DNA of 64,000 nt from Mobula hypostoma (taxonomy: Eukaryota). The position numbers and the translations under genes were made by a program. Position 1 is the first letter of the stretch; every line of letters starts with the position of its first letter. This document shows, one piece after another, positions 50,465 through 62,929 of this stretch. Where the stretch lies: contig NC_086111.1 in assembly GCF_963921235.1 (NCBI RefSeq), positions 51,894,001-51,958,000 on the forward strand. The letters run 5' to 3'. The notes beneath the pieces were generated by a model. It made no database searches. It saw only the letters and a list, made by a program, of their open reading frames with translations, and was not told where the DNA came from.

Positions 50465-51291
50465 CAGACATCCCACCTCTCCCGGAACTTCCGAAAGTCT
50501 CCCGCATATTAATAGTGGCTCCCTGATGCCGCAAATTATATACGATGTCCCGGAAATTGATTTTTTTTGAGAGCGAGCGTGAGAGAACGCGCGAGAAAGA
50601 GCGAGAGAGCAAACGCAAGAGCAAGAAAGCAAGCGCGAGTGAGAGCAAGAGCGAGAGAGCGAGCACGAGTGAGAGCGACCGCGAGAGAGAGAGCAAGAGC
50701 GAGAGAGCGAGCACGAGTGAGAGAGCGAGAGCAAGAGCGAGAGAGCGAGCACGAGTGAGAGAGCGAGAGCAAGTGAGAGCGACCGCGAGAGACAGAGCAA
50801 GAGCAAGAGAGCGAGCACGAGTGAGAGAGCGAGAACGAGTGAGAGCGACCGTGAGAGAGAGAGCGAGAAAGCAAGAGCGAGAGAGCGAGCGCGAGTGAGA
50901 GCGACCGCGAGAGAGAGAGAGAACGAGAGAGTTCCAAAAAAAGTCAGAGTAGCAGAGTGTTCCAATAAAAGAAATTATAAAACGTACGTCACCCCAGACT
51001 ACCCTAAAGTGTACCCCTGCCTTATAGGGCTCAAAATAATGACAGTGTTGCTCACTGCACTGTTTGCAACAGTGACTTTTCTATTGCCCATGGTGGGTTA
51101 AGACTGTAAAAGTCATGTTGAGGTGAGTTTAACAGGTGTCATTCGTTCATTAGCATAGCTAATGTTATTTAAACCAGCTGGCCAGCTGCTAAGGAGCTAC
51201 TCTATTGCAGACATCCCACCTCTCCCGGAAGTCTCCCACAAATTGATGGTGCTACCTCCCTGAAATGAGTTTTTGCAGGGTGGGATGTCTG
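50465..51291. mobile_element. Non-autonomous TIR DNA transposon (hAT-like), 6-bp TSD, inserted in a CR1 fragment
   Basis: 13-bp TIR CAGACATCCCACC / GGTGGGATGTCTG; CAACAT at 50459-50464 and 51292-51297; CR1-like minus-strand sequence continues on both flanks. Confidence 0.8.
50568..50931 (+). repeat. (GA/GC)-rich degenerate microsatellite inside the TIR element
   Basis: gagagcgagcacgagtgagagagcgagagcaaga-type units. Confidence 0.9.
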
Positions 51292-51734
51292 CAACATCCC
51301 CTAGGGACCAACCATTTACTAAGTTCTACCCTGGTTTGACTTCCAAAAGTGCAGCATTTTACACTTATCTGAATTGAAAGCTATTTGCAAATCCTTGGGC
51401 CTTATCTGGCTGATTAAGATCTTCCCTGATTAAAAAATTCACTTAAGAAGATTTTACCGTGGCTGGATTGCATAAAGTATGACTGAAAGCATGTACAAAC
51501 AATAATGTATTTTTGTTCATAGTTCTTTGACTTTGCTCCGTTTCTCCTTCTCTATTCACTATTAACTACATCAAACATAAATGCAAAAGGAAATACAATT
51601 AGATTTTGGGTATTACTGTGACGGAATGTTCAAGGGCATTATTTTGTAATTTGTGACTGAGGGCTGAAGAAATAGCAGTCAGTAGGATGAGTGTTTCTGA
51701 AGTATATCTCCTGATGTGTTCTATTCAATTTCAG

Positions 51735-51924
51735 TTAAATTACTTATTCATGAAACAATGTGTGGAGAGCAGCCCTGTGGTACCAATCCAGCAGCAGTGG
51801 CTGGACTCAATTTTGACTCTGGTACCACTCTCGCTGAGAGAAGGAAAAATGAGGGAGGTAATCATTCGCGAACTGTTTGAAGAAGTTACCAAAGATTTTG
51901 AAAATAGCATGAAGAGATTTTTGG
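51735..51924 (+). CDS. DNAH12: DNAH12 coding exon 4 (190 nt)
   Basis: LNYLFMKQCVESSPVVPIQQQWLDSILTLVPLSLREGKMREVIIRELFEEVTKDFENSMKRFL; closely matches human MKQCVESSPLVPIQQEWLD...DFENSMKRYL. Confidence 0.93.
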
Positions 51925-52379
51925 GTATGTTTTTCATCATCTTATTCACTGTGAGACTATTTCATTATAATATATACAGTACTTAATAGTGAAAAATGTT
52001 TACTTGTTCTGTGTTGAAATGGCTAATCGTGTGATGAAAAGCCTCTTGAGAGAAATAATAGAGGGTTATGTAGATGTTAACATGCGTCACCATTTCCAGA
52101 ATGGATCGATAAGGAAAGAAAATTCTCTTCACAATAATTTGCTAATAAACAAATACAAAGCATTTGTTACAATACAGAAAGCAGGGTACTGCAGGCCAGT
52201 TGGCGTAATATCTGTCATAGGGAAAATATTAGAAGTTATTAACACTTAGAATAATTCATGGAAATCAGGCAAATCAACATAGAATCTTTGAAGAAATAGC
52301 ATGTACAATGGATATAAGAACACATTTTTAGAAGGCACTTGATAAACTGCCAGGCTAGTAACTGATTTACAGTATTATT

Positions 52380-54270
52380 GTCAGACATACTGAGGTACAG
52401 TAAAATCTTTGTTTTGCATGCCATCCATATGGGTGATTCCAAACATAAGGATGCTGAGGGGTTACACAGGGAATATTCATAACAGGATGCAGAGTGTAGT
52501 GTTACATTTATAGAGTAAGTGCAGTACAGGTGACAAATAAGGTTCAGTTGCCATGACATGGTAGATTGAGAGATGAAGAGTTCAGCTTTACTGTACAAGA
52601 CATCCTCCTGTATGATAAAGATGAACTCATGATGTCTTAATCTACTTCATCTTATAACAACAGGATAGAAGATGTTTGTTAAGTTTTTGCCTAATAGAGG
52701 AGGGCAGAAGAGAGAATGACAGGGCTGGGAGTGTTGGCTCTTTTCCTGAGGCTGTGAAAAGGGTAGACAGAGTCAGTTGAGGGGAGGCTGATTTTCATGA
52801 TAGACTGGGCTGTCTCGAATTTCTTGCATTCTTGGGTAGAGCAGTTGCCATTCCAAGCTACGATGTATCCATGGTCGGGATGAACAGGGACATTAGCAAG
52901 TTTCCTTTGTCCCCTTAGGAAGTGAAGAGTGCACAAACACTACACCCTGCCAAAACTCAATGACCAACTTTTCTGATGGAAATTTTGTTGACATGACACC
53001 ATGTCACTAGGCTCTCTATCTCCTTCCTGTACATGGTTATTTGAGAAATGGCCTGCTATAGTGGTATCATAAGCAAACTTGTAAATGGATTTAAAACAGA
53101 ATCGTGCGTGTACAGGGAGTAATGCAGGGGGCTGAGGATACAGTCTTGTGGGGTGCCTCAGGGTAGAGGATAATTGTGGTAGAGGAGTGTTGCTGCTCAT
53201 CCTTACCGATTGCAGTTTGTTGCAGAAATTAAGGATTCAGTTGTAGAGGGAAGTGTTGAGTCCCAGGTTTAGGAAGCTGGTGATGAGTTTGCTTAGAATT
53301 GTAGTATTGACGTGGAGCTATGGTCATTAAACAATAGTCTAACATAAACAAGAGAAAATCTGCAGATGCTGGAAATCCAAACAATGCACACAAAATGCTG
53401 AGGAACTCAGCATGCCAGGTGGCATCTATTGATGGTGCAGAAGTCTAACATACCTATTTGCTTCAGAGACGAGTGTAGGGCCAGGGAGATAGTTTCTGCT
53501 GCAGACCTGTTTCAGCAGTAGCTGAATTGCAATGTGTCAAGGCCGGCCTCTACTTCACGATGGTGGATGTCAGAGCCACGAGGCAGTAGTCATTAAGGTG
53601 CATTACCCTGTTTTTCTTAGCTAATGGGATGACAGTAGCCTTCTTAAATCAGTTGGGAACCTCAGATTGAAGCGCAGAGAGACTAAAAATTTCTGCAAAT
53701 TCCCCCAACAGCTGATCTGTCCAGGAGCTAACAACAGAGCCAGGGACTCGATCTGGACTGGTAGCTTTTTGTAGGCACATATTCTGGAAAACGATCTTTT
53801 GCCCGTTATGGTGACTGTGGGTTCAGATGCATTTGAGGCTGTTGGCGTGGATGATGATATTCTAATCCCCTTCCGTTCAAAATGTGCATTAACCTCATTG
53901 AGATGGAATACACTGTTGTCAGCAATGCTGCCTGGTTTTGTTTGTCTGTTACAGCATGTAAACCCTGCCACAACTGAAAACTGGCCTGGGACTCTGTTAT
54001 GTTCTGGTTTTGTCTTTTGACACCCCTAATAGCTTTATGGATTTGTACAGTATCCCAATTTCATGCAAAGTCACCTGATTTGAATGCCACAGTCCAAGAC
54101 TTTGGTATGGAATGGACCTCCTGGTTCATCCCTGGTTTCCAGTTTGGGAACTCTGTCCTGGATTGTCCATGTGAGAAAATATGATTCTCCCCCCCGCCCC
54201 ATATTGTCAGGAAAATAGAAAAGAAACATTACATAACCAGTGAAAATTTGCACTACTTTGAAATAGGATC
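52380..54270 (-). mobile_element. Decayed Rex1/Babar-type LINE, with a Penelope end inserted at ~53345-53430
   Basis: Minus strand IYKFAYDTTIAG, AQSIMKISLPS and LNEVNAHFE remnants. Confidence 0.65.
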
Positions 54271-54379
54271 TGGAAGTCCTTATACATTATTCACAGAAGG
54301 TTGAAGTTGAAGGTGAAGAATGAGGTTAATGACAGGATTCAAGGCAGTGTGGAGGAACCAAGGGATCTTCATTGTGGCA

Positions 54380-57300
54380 ATGTAATTGGCTGAGACAACT
54401 ACAACTTGATTTGAGATCTACCCACTATTTTCATGCCATATCCCTCAACAGAGTCAACTGAAGGTGACTAAAGGAGGGTGCAGGATTAGGCCACAGTAGT
54501 GTTCAAGGATGTCATTGAAAAACTCAAACATATCAAGGGTAAAATAGTATCAAATGAAAATGCCACACCTAAGTTTTACAAAGCCCTTTGGATTCCTTAT
54601 ACCATCCATGATAAAGTAGCCAGCGAACTAGATTGCATGGAGGCTGAAGGAATTCTGTCCAAGTTGAGTGGGGTCTACGGACAACACCAGTGGTCCCAGT
54701 AGACAAGATGAATGGGTCTGTGGTGATTTTAAGGTCACCATCCACTCTGTACTGAAGGTAGATCAATATCCTCTGTCCAGGATAGAGGATATCTTTGCAA
54801 ACCTTTCCGGAGGAAAACACTCCAGCAAAGTGGACTTAGCTGAGGGCTATATACAGTTGGAGATGGAAGGAGAATCCAATGTGTTTCTCATCATAAGCAC
54901 TCATGAAAGGCTTTATCATTATAATAAGATTATTTTTAAAGGAGCATCTGCACCACTCTGGCAGAAAGCTATGGATCAGGGGCTGCAATGCTGCTCGGGT
55001 ACTCCGTGTTAACTGGATGACATCATTGTTACTAGTAAGGATGACTATGGACATCTCCTCAATCTCAAGACAGTGTTAAAACGATTAGAAGATTACGAGC
55101 TCAGTGCACAACACAAAAAGTGTAAATCATTTAAACAAAGCATCACTTATTGTGGCCACACCATTAACAAGCAAGAACTACACGTGTGCTGAGAAAATTC
55201 AAGCTGTGATGGATGCCCCAAGGCCAAAGGGAATGTCACAGTTGTGGTTCTTTTTAGAATCTGTCAATTACTATAACGGGTTCCTGCCAAACCAGGCTAT
55301 TGTGCTGCAATATCATTACTGCAGATCGGGAAGAAATGGCAATGGACAAAGCAGTACGAGATGGCTTTCAAAAAGGTAAAGGAAATGGTGACGCCAGACA
55401 CTGTACTCACACACTATTGTCCACATCATCCAGTGAAGCTTGCCTGTAACACCTCACCTTATGGTATAGGTGCAGTTGTGACATATGTTATGAGTGATGG
55501 AAGTGAATGCCTCATAATCTTTGCATCATGTTCCCTTACTGCAGAGCAAAATTATGCACAGATTCACAAACAAAAAGGCCTTGAGCCTGGTTTGGGGTGT
55601 AAAATGTTTCAAGCAATACTTGTACAGGAGAGAGTTTGCCCTCATTACTGATCATTAACCAGGAGTGTCCATTTTCAAACCACAGAAGGGTGTTCCACTA
55701 ACAGCAGCAGCACAAGTGCAGAGATGGACTGTTTCTTGGAGGATACAATTACAAGATCAAATTCAAGAGGTTGTCTATTCATGGAAATGCTGATGTATTG
55801 TCACATTTACCATTGGAAAAGGAAATACCTGAACCATTTACAGAAGCGGACACTCCTCTTGATGTATTTGCCTTAACACAAATTGAAAGTCTCCCTTTTA
55901 TGTCAGAGATGATCCAAAGGAAAACCAATATAGACCCCACACTGTCTCAAGTCTGTGTGGCCACTCAAAATGTCTGGCTGTGCCGCAGAAACTCCAGTTT
56001 CCCTATTTGAACCAGCGCCAGGATGAACTTGCCCTTGACGGAGGTTGCCTTATGTGGGGATCGAGAGTTGCTGTACCATCCAAGCCAAGAGCTAAAGTGT
56101 TGGAGGAGCTGCGTGCAGATCATCAAGGCATGATCAAAATGAAAGCATTGGCTTGAAGCTTTGTCTGGTGACCAGGGATAGCTCAGCAGACCGAATAGCT
56201 CACCAAGTACTGTTCAGGATGCCAACACCTCCATAAGATGCCAAGAGTAGTGCCTCTCCATCCCTGAAAATTGCCTGCATTGCCTTGACTGAAGATTCAT
56301 GTAGATTTTGTCTGACCATTCATGGGCACAAATTTATTGGTGGTAATGGATGCAGCTGCAAAGTGGCCAGAAGTGTTCCCAATAGCCTCCACTACAGCCT
56401 CGCACACTGTTGATGTGTTGAGAAGCATCTTCTCAAGGACTGGTGTTCCAGGACACTTAGTCATTGACAATGGACCACAGTTAGTTGCGTCTAAAGAATA
56501 CACTGCAAGTCATGTCAGCAGAACACACGACACTGACACTGAGTCAGAAACTCACCAATTTCCTCCTTGCATATCACAATACAGCACACTCCACAACCAA
56601 CAATTCATAGAAACATAGAAAATAGGTGTGGGAGTAGGCCATTCGGCCCTTCAAGCCTGCACCGCCATTCAGTACGATCATAGCTGATCATCCAACTCAG
56701 AACCCTGTACCTGTCTTATCTCCATACCCCCTGATCCCTTTAGCCACAAGGGCCATATCTAATTCCCTCTTAAATATAGCCAATGAACTGGCCTCAACTG
56801 TTTCCTGTGGCAGAGAATTCCAGAGATTCACCACTCTCTGTGTGAAGAAGTTTTTCCTCATCTCAGTCCTAAAAGCTTCCCCTTTATCCTCAAACTGTGA
56901 CCCCTTGTTCTGGACTTCCCCAACATCGGGAACAATCTTCCTGCATCTAGCCTGTCCAATCCCTTTAGGATTTTATAGAATTCACTGGCTATGCTGTTCC
57001 TAGGTCGTCCCTTGCACTCACAATTGGATCTCTCAAATTCAATCTCTGACAGAGTACGCAGGCCAAACAGCTGAGACAACTTGAGGGCTCCTCAAACACG
57101 GAGGTTCGATGTTTCACTCCTGGACAAGCAGACTTGATGAGGGACTACAGAGGGGATCAAAAGTGGGTACAGTACTTGGAAAAATTTAGAACAGAACTGG
57201 ACCACTCTCCTACACTGTGCAGATTGCATCTGCTCAATCAGCTGAGGAGAGCAGAGGCAATTGTTAGAGAAGAAAGGAGTCCAAGCTGTCAGAACCACTT

Positions 57301-57632
57301 CCTGCAGTTCCTGAATCAACTCCTACAAACACCATGGAGGAGGCCGCAGAATCTAAGATTGTTTTACAGCCACAAATCTCACCTGCCAAGCAGAGTGACC
57401 CCCCTGCCAGCCCCCGCCAGCAAAGAAGTTATCCCACAAGAGTAAGAAATCCTGTACTATGATTAAATCATTAGGCCTGAATGGGATAATTTAAAATTTA
57501 CTATGCTGTGGATGTCTATGTACTAGTTGTATTATGTAGTATTCAGAATATACATATACTGTATATAATATATATATATATGTTGAGATGCATTCTATAT
57601 TGAGTTGGAGATGCTAGCTAAGCAGAGAGGAG
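54380..57632 (+). mobile_element. Decayed Gypsy LTR retrotransposon internal region (RT, RNase H, integrase), ending in the PPT
   Basis: CGDFKVTI..VLKVDQYPL.RIEDIFANLSGG; .LDDIIV; LACNTSPYGIGAV; HGNADVLSHLPL; IHVDF, VVMDAAAKWPEV, DNGPQ; purine tract agcagagaggag before the LTR. Confidence 0.85.
56605..56980 (-). mobile_element. CR1 3' end inserted into the Gypsy integrase
   Basis: catagaaacatagaaa tail; YKILKGLDRLDAGRLFPMLGKSRTRGHSLRI; AATTCA duplicated at 56602-56607 and 56979-56984. Confidence 0.85.
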
Positions 57633-57866
57633 TGTTGTGTATTTAATATTTCAGGAAAATTTGAGTAATATTGTAAATGTATTGTTTGATTAAGCATTCT
57701 TTCTTTACATAATTCATTACAGTTTATATGTAAAAGTATGTGAATGACATGCATTATTATAAGTGTGTGTCTTGCAATAAGTAAAAACAAAAAGTACATG
57801 TTTGTCTTGGTCTCTCTGTGTTTTTCTTTCAATTAGTTTCATGTTTTGGAGTTACAAAACATAACA
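57633..57866 (+). mobile_element. 3' LTR of the Gypsy element (234 bp)
   Basis: TGTTGTGT...ACATAACA termini directly after the PPT. Confidence 0.75.
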
Positions 57867-58258
57867 GGTCACCTTTTTAAGACTGGGATGGTGTGAAATT
57901 TGTCTGAGGGTGGAACTGTACTATTTAAATTATTACTGCAAGTTTGTGGAGCATTAATCTGTCCATGATGCCCATGCTTGGTTATGGTCTATTTATTCAT
58001 TCATTTGATCTATATTTTAAGCAAAATTACTCTTATTTTTGTCAATTGAACTTCGGATAATTTTAATTTTAATTAATTTATTGTTGATGGTGGAGTTGAA
58101 ACATTGAAAATATTACCTCTGTAACCTGCTTTCCTTTGATTTCAGAGTAAGTATAATTCTGAGTGTGGAAAACTTAACAACACTGCATTGTTATTCTGAT
58201 TACTATTAAATTTCATGTTTATGCAACAAGTGTATATCTAAATGCTCACTGTAACAAG

Positions 58259-59141
58259 TGTTACAAACCCGCAGGTTTCGTTTGCTGTGGACCGTCACTT
58301 TAAAAGAGTGCTTCAGTGAGGCAGGACTATGATATTGTTCACTGACTGACTCGCAGCTTGTTTACCTTTTAAAACAAGGACACTGACAGTCACANNNNNN
58401 NNNNNNNNNNNNNNNNNNNNNNNNNNNNNNNNNNNNNNNNNNNNNNNNNNNNNNNNNNNNNNNNNNNNNNNNNNNNNNNNNNNNNNNNNNNNNNNNNNNN
58501 NNNNNNNNNNNNNNNNNNNNNNNNNNNGCTCCAGCTTGTCGAAGCTGGGGTTTGAAGTTCTGCTGTACCCACAAGGGTGGGTTGATTATCGATCCAGTGC
58601 ACATCGAATGGGTGGCTGTCACTTCGTATAGGAGTGGATTAAGGAATGTCCTGTGGGACCGCTCGAAGTTAACCCTTGCCTGGGTATATTATGTGGCAAC
58701 CCCTTTGAAGACAACATCCCTGTGACAAATCACTCTGATGGTAATTTGTACGTGGATTTGGAACGGCTCGACGGAGGATCTTTGACAACTGATATTTATT
58801 AATTACCATCGTGTAACCTGTGGAATTCGACGTAATTGCCTTCTCTCTACATTTCACCCTGGATTACAAATATCTCTCTCCCACCATTCCTTCCGTGGAT
58901 GAACTGAACTTTCCTACTTTACCATCTCAAGAGTCTAAGCTTTGTTTCCCCAAGCTTAACTTAGTTTGGGAGCTATATTACACACATAAATACGCATAAC
59001 ACTGTTAACATTTGTTTATCTTGGTTAAGTTACTATATTATAAGTAGATACTAATAAAGATAATGGTTTTAACATTAAAATCTGACTCAGTGTGAAATTT
59101 CTTGCTGCTGGTTTATTTCTAAAACGCTACAGTATGTAACA
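58259..59141. mobile_element. LTR-bounded element (apparent solo LTR) spanning the assembly gap, 4-bp TSD
   Basis: TGTTACA...TGTAACA termini; CAAG at 58255-58258 and 59142-59145. Confidence 0.7.
58395..58527. other. Assembly gap (133 N)
   Basis: Run of n characters. Confidence 1.
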
Positions 59142-59431
59142 CAAGATAACGCAATAGAATCTACTAATAAATCTTAAAGATGTTTTTGTTGCTTCACTTT
59201 CCTGAGAAGGAAATAATTGTTCCTCTCTATCCAGTAGTAGTTGCCTGTCTTTGATTTGGTATTTATATTATATAGGTATTGTAATAAACTCAGTGTGTTT
59301 TATTCATCTGTAATATGAATCGGTCTGCACTGAAAATAAAGGAAAAGCCATAATTTACATAGCTGCTAACTTTAAAAGTTAAGGAATTAACAACAAATAT
59401 ATCTACTTATTATCCATTTCATACATTCTAG

Positions 59432-59507
59432 TGAAAAGTGTTCTTGTAAAGCCAGAAGTGAAAGGCCTGGAGTATGAAGATTCAGAACCTCTTCCACAGG
59501 AGCCAAC
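59432..59507 (+). CDS. DNAH12: DNAH12 coding exon 5 (76 nt)
   Basis: VKSVLVKPEVKGLEYEDSEPLPQEP(T)|gtgagt vs human VQSVLVKPPVKSLEDEGGPLPESP. Confidence 0.9.
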
Positions 59508-60480
59508 GTGAGTATAAAGTGCTGATGCAGTCAGCTACCAAAATGCTTATTTCATATAGATTCAAGATTCATTAATTCAGTCATTTAACTTTGTGAATGC
59601 ATGAACACCTTTCCACATCAAATACTTCACATAGACTTCCAGGTGTAAAAGAAACATTTACAGCTGGAATCTACTCACCAGCATAGCACTAGAAATACAG
59701 CAAATTTGCAATACATATATTATAAAATTGTTGGGCTGGAGAAGGAAGCACAACTGTGTCACTACAATACTAACTTTCCCCAGCTGAGCAGAATTGCACT
59801 GATACTGAACCTAAGAGACAGCAAGTGGCCCCTCACAATCAGCAAAGCCAAAAATTGCATGGGTAAAATGAGCTCCAATCTTTATCTTCATATGATTAAA
59901 GAACTTGTAAGTCAAGAAAACTATGAGGTTCTCAGTGCAAACTCTTTGGTGGGTGATCTCATTACATGTGGGATCTAGAACAAACTCTGTCCATGAAATT
60001 GATTAAAATTTTTTGAATGTTTATGACAAAGATCCTTTAATATTCTTACATAGCAGAGTAAATCTGAATTTGATTGCACTTTTCTGAGAAAAAGTTGAGA
60101 CTCTTCTAATCCAAGGCAGTCTGTGAGATAATATTTCCAGCCACGTACTGAGAAGAAAAATTGGCTGCAAATACTGAATGCATAATTAATCAGGTTTTGA
60201 CTTAAAAGTTTCAAGAAACATCGGCTTGCCATATAGCAGATTAAATTTATAAATTTACTTGCCTCATTCTCACTGGTAGTAGTTTTTATTCCCCTGCTAC
60301 CAATATTTCCAATCCCTGCTTATCCAAATTTTCTGGCATTAGTAGTGATGGCAAATAGAAAATTAGTCCTTATGGTTTGAAAATTTTGTACTGAGATTTT
60401 TAACTGTATATTTTATATGTGTAGCATTTTATTTCATTTAAACTAAAATTTATTTATGTATTTTGTTCTCTGTTATCTAG

Positions 60481-60639
60481 AGGTTTGGACTTCTCTAATC
60501 CTTGGCATGAGAGTTTTGTAAAAGCTAGAGAGGAGATCAAAACAAATCTCTACATCCTTCACCCGGTTCTGCAAGCAGTTTTGGATTTAGGTTATCTTAC
60601 TTTTTCCAAGCTGCTCCTTCTGGATCTGTCAGATTGTAG
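60481..60639 (+). CDS. DNAH12: DNAH12 coding exon 6 (159 nt)
   Basis: GLDFSNPWHESFVKAREEIKTNLYILHPVLQAVLDLGYLTFSKLLLLDLSDC(R)|gtatga. Confidence 0.93.
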
Positions 60640-60694
60640 GTATGAAAAGGCAACTTATGATGCAAAAATAGGACATTTTAAGATTTCATTTCAT

Positions 60695-62130
60695 TGAACT
60701 ACGGACTGGTGAGCCGGGGAACTATACGTTAGTGAACCTGGCATCAGTGGATCAGTGGTGAGAAAGTTACTGGAAGGGATTCTGAGTGACAGGACCTATC
60801 TGTGTTTGGAAAGATGAGGAATGATTAGGGATAGTGAGAATGGCTTTGAATTGTGGACAATTATGTCCCACTAATTTGACTGAGTTTTTTTAAAGAGGTG
60901 ACCAAAAGGTTTGAGGAGGCAGGCTAGTAGATGCTGTTTACATGGACTTTAGCAAGGCATTTGACAAGGTTCAGCCAGTTCAGAAATTTAGATCGTGTGG
61001 GATCGAGGTTGAGCTAGCCAATAGGATACAAAATTGCCTAGGTGGTAGGAGTTAGAGGGTGATAATAGAGAGATTTTTTTTAGATTGGAAGCTTGTAATC
61101 TGTGGTGTGCCACAGTAATCTGTGCTGGGTCCCTTTTGTTTGTTACTTATACTAATGATTTGGGTGAGAATGTAGATGACATGGTTAGTAACTTTGTGGA
61201 TGATACTATAATCCCCGGAAAGTGTTGTAGGACTGAGTGACCCAAGGGTAAAGTACGAAGTTCTCTGACATTGGCAACACACAGAGACAGGGTGTTGAAG
61301 ATGTTTGGCACTCTTGCCTTCATTGGTCAATGCATTAAGTACAAGAGTTGAGTCATCATAGAACAGAGAACATAGAACAGTACAGCACAGTACAGGCCCT
61401 TCGGCCCACAATGTTGTGCTGACCCTACAATGTTACAGCTGATTCTACACTTTGGGTACTGCATGCAGTTGTGGTCACCTAGCTACAAGACGGATGTCAT
61501 TATCAGGGATGCATCTCACCCTAACCATGGACCTTTTACTCTCTTCCCATCCGGTAGGCGCTACAGGAGCCTCCGCTCCCTCACCGGCAGGCACAGGAAG
61601 AGCTTCTTTCCTGAGGCTGTGACACTGCTGAACCTCTCATCACAGCGCTAAGTAGTATTGCACCCATATTGTACTGTCTCAGTACTTTTATATTTGTATG
61701 CTGTAGCACTTTTTTTATTCACAGTTATTTTGTAAATAACACTATTCTTTGCATTTCTGGTCAGGTGCTAAATGCATTTCATTGGCTTTGTATCTGTACT
61801 CGGCACAATGACAATAAAGTTGAATCTATAATCTAATCTAATCTAATTAAACTGGGAAGAGTGCAGAAACATTTCACAAGATGTTACAAATGTTACTGGG
61901 ATTGAAGGGGTTGAGTTATAAAGAGAGACTGGATAGTCTAGGAGTTCTAGTGGGTAAATGAAGTGAAGTGGTAGGGGCATAAGTAACGACAACATTTAAA
62001 GTACATTTAGACAGGGACATAGATAAAAAAAGGATACGGGCTAAGTGTAGGCAAATAGAACTAGTTCAGGTGGGTAACTTGGTTGACATGGACTAGTTGT
62101 GTTGAAAGACCTGTTACTGTACTGTGTAAA
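60695..62130 (+). mobile_element. Decayed CR1 RT/3' end carrying a reversed CR1 tail (~61357-61430) and a Rex-type 3' piece (~61495-61847)
   Basis: AVYMDFSKAFDKV, YCMQLWSPSYK, FPSGRRYRSLRS, (ctaat)n tail. Confidence 0.7.
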
Positions 62131-62267
62131 CTATGATAATGACATTTATAAACTTAGCATTAAAAGGTTAATGAGCATCAATAATATTGTACTGTAATTC
62201 TACTATAATGTGTTTGTGGTTTTGTGACTTTGACAGCTGTACTTTGATGTTTTGATTATTGATTTAG

Positions 62268-62463
62268 ATGCAAAGGACCAATTGAATGTGAATCCTTTAA
62301 GAATAATGTAGTGATAGAGCATGGCAAAATGGAGAAAAAAATAATGACCACGTGGTACCCTAAAGTTCTCAGTCTGCTAACCGACAAAGAGCAAATAAAG
62401 AATATTAAACCTGAAAAAATGGACTGTTTCTACTCCACTGCTAATGTGCTGATAGGTAATCAG
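62268..62463 (+). CDS. DNAH12: DNAH12 coding exon 7 (196 nt); gene continues beyond the right edge
   Basis: CKGPIECESFKNNVVIEHGKMEKKIMTTWYPKVLSLLTDKEQIKNIKPEKMDCFYSTANVLIGNQ|gtaact. Confidence 0.93.
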
Positions 62464-62929
62464 GTAACTATTGCTCAAGTTTATTGTAGTTTCCTCTGAT
62501 ATCTGTTGGTTCAGTTCTTAGACATTTCCATTTAATCACAGGAAAGAGAAAATGGCTTACTAAATCTTTTAGTATAGTCTAGTTTTTTTAAGGTAACCTA
62601 ATAATATTTGTCTCCATTGCATCATACCATGGATCTTCTCTAGTTACAGAATCTGTTTTAATTTTTTAATCACCTCAGTTGCTTGGACTGATTACATTTA
62701 GCATAATGTAACTGACACGAGGAATGTGGTTTGCATGGTGGAATGCAGAAAGGTTGTCTAGGTAAATGAAGTCTGGTATGGTGCTAAGGCATGAGAAGAA
62801 TAAGAAGGATATTTAATAAACCATGATCTGATGATGGCAGTGTGGATATACATTGTTGTGAGAGGTATGTGTTTTGTGATTAATAGAGTGGCAGTTCGTA
62901 CAGCAATAATGTAGAATAATGTACGTTTT

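Noticed and set aside
50229-50965. Long Arg/Glu/Ala- and Leu/Ser-rich ORFs in several frames
   Set aside because: They are translations of the GA/GC microsatellite inside a transposon.
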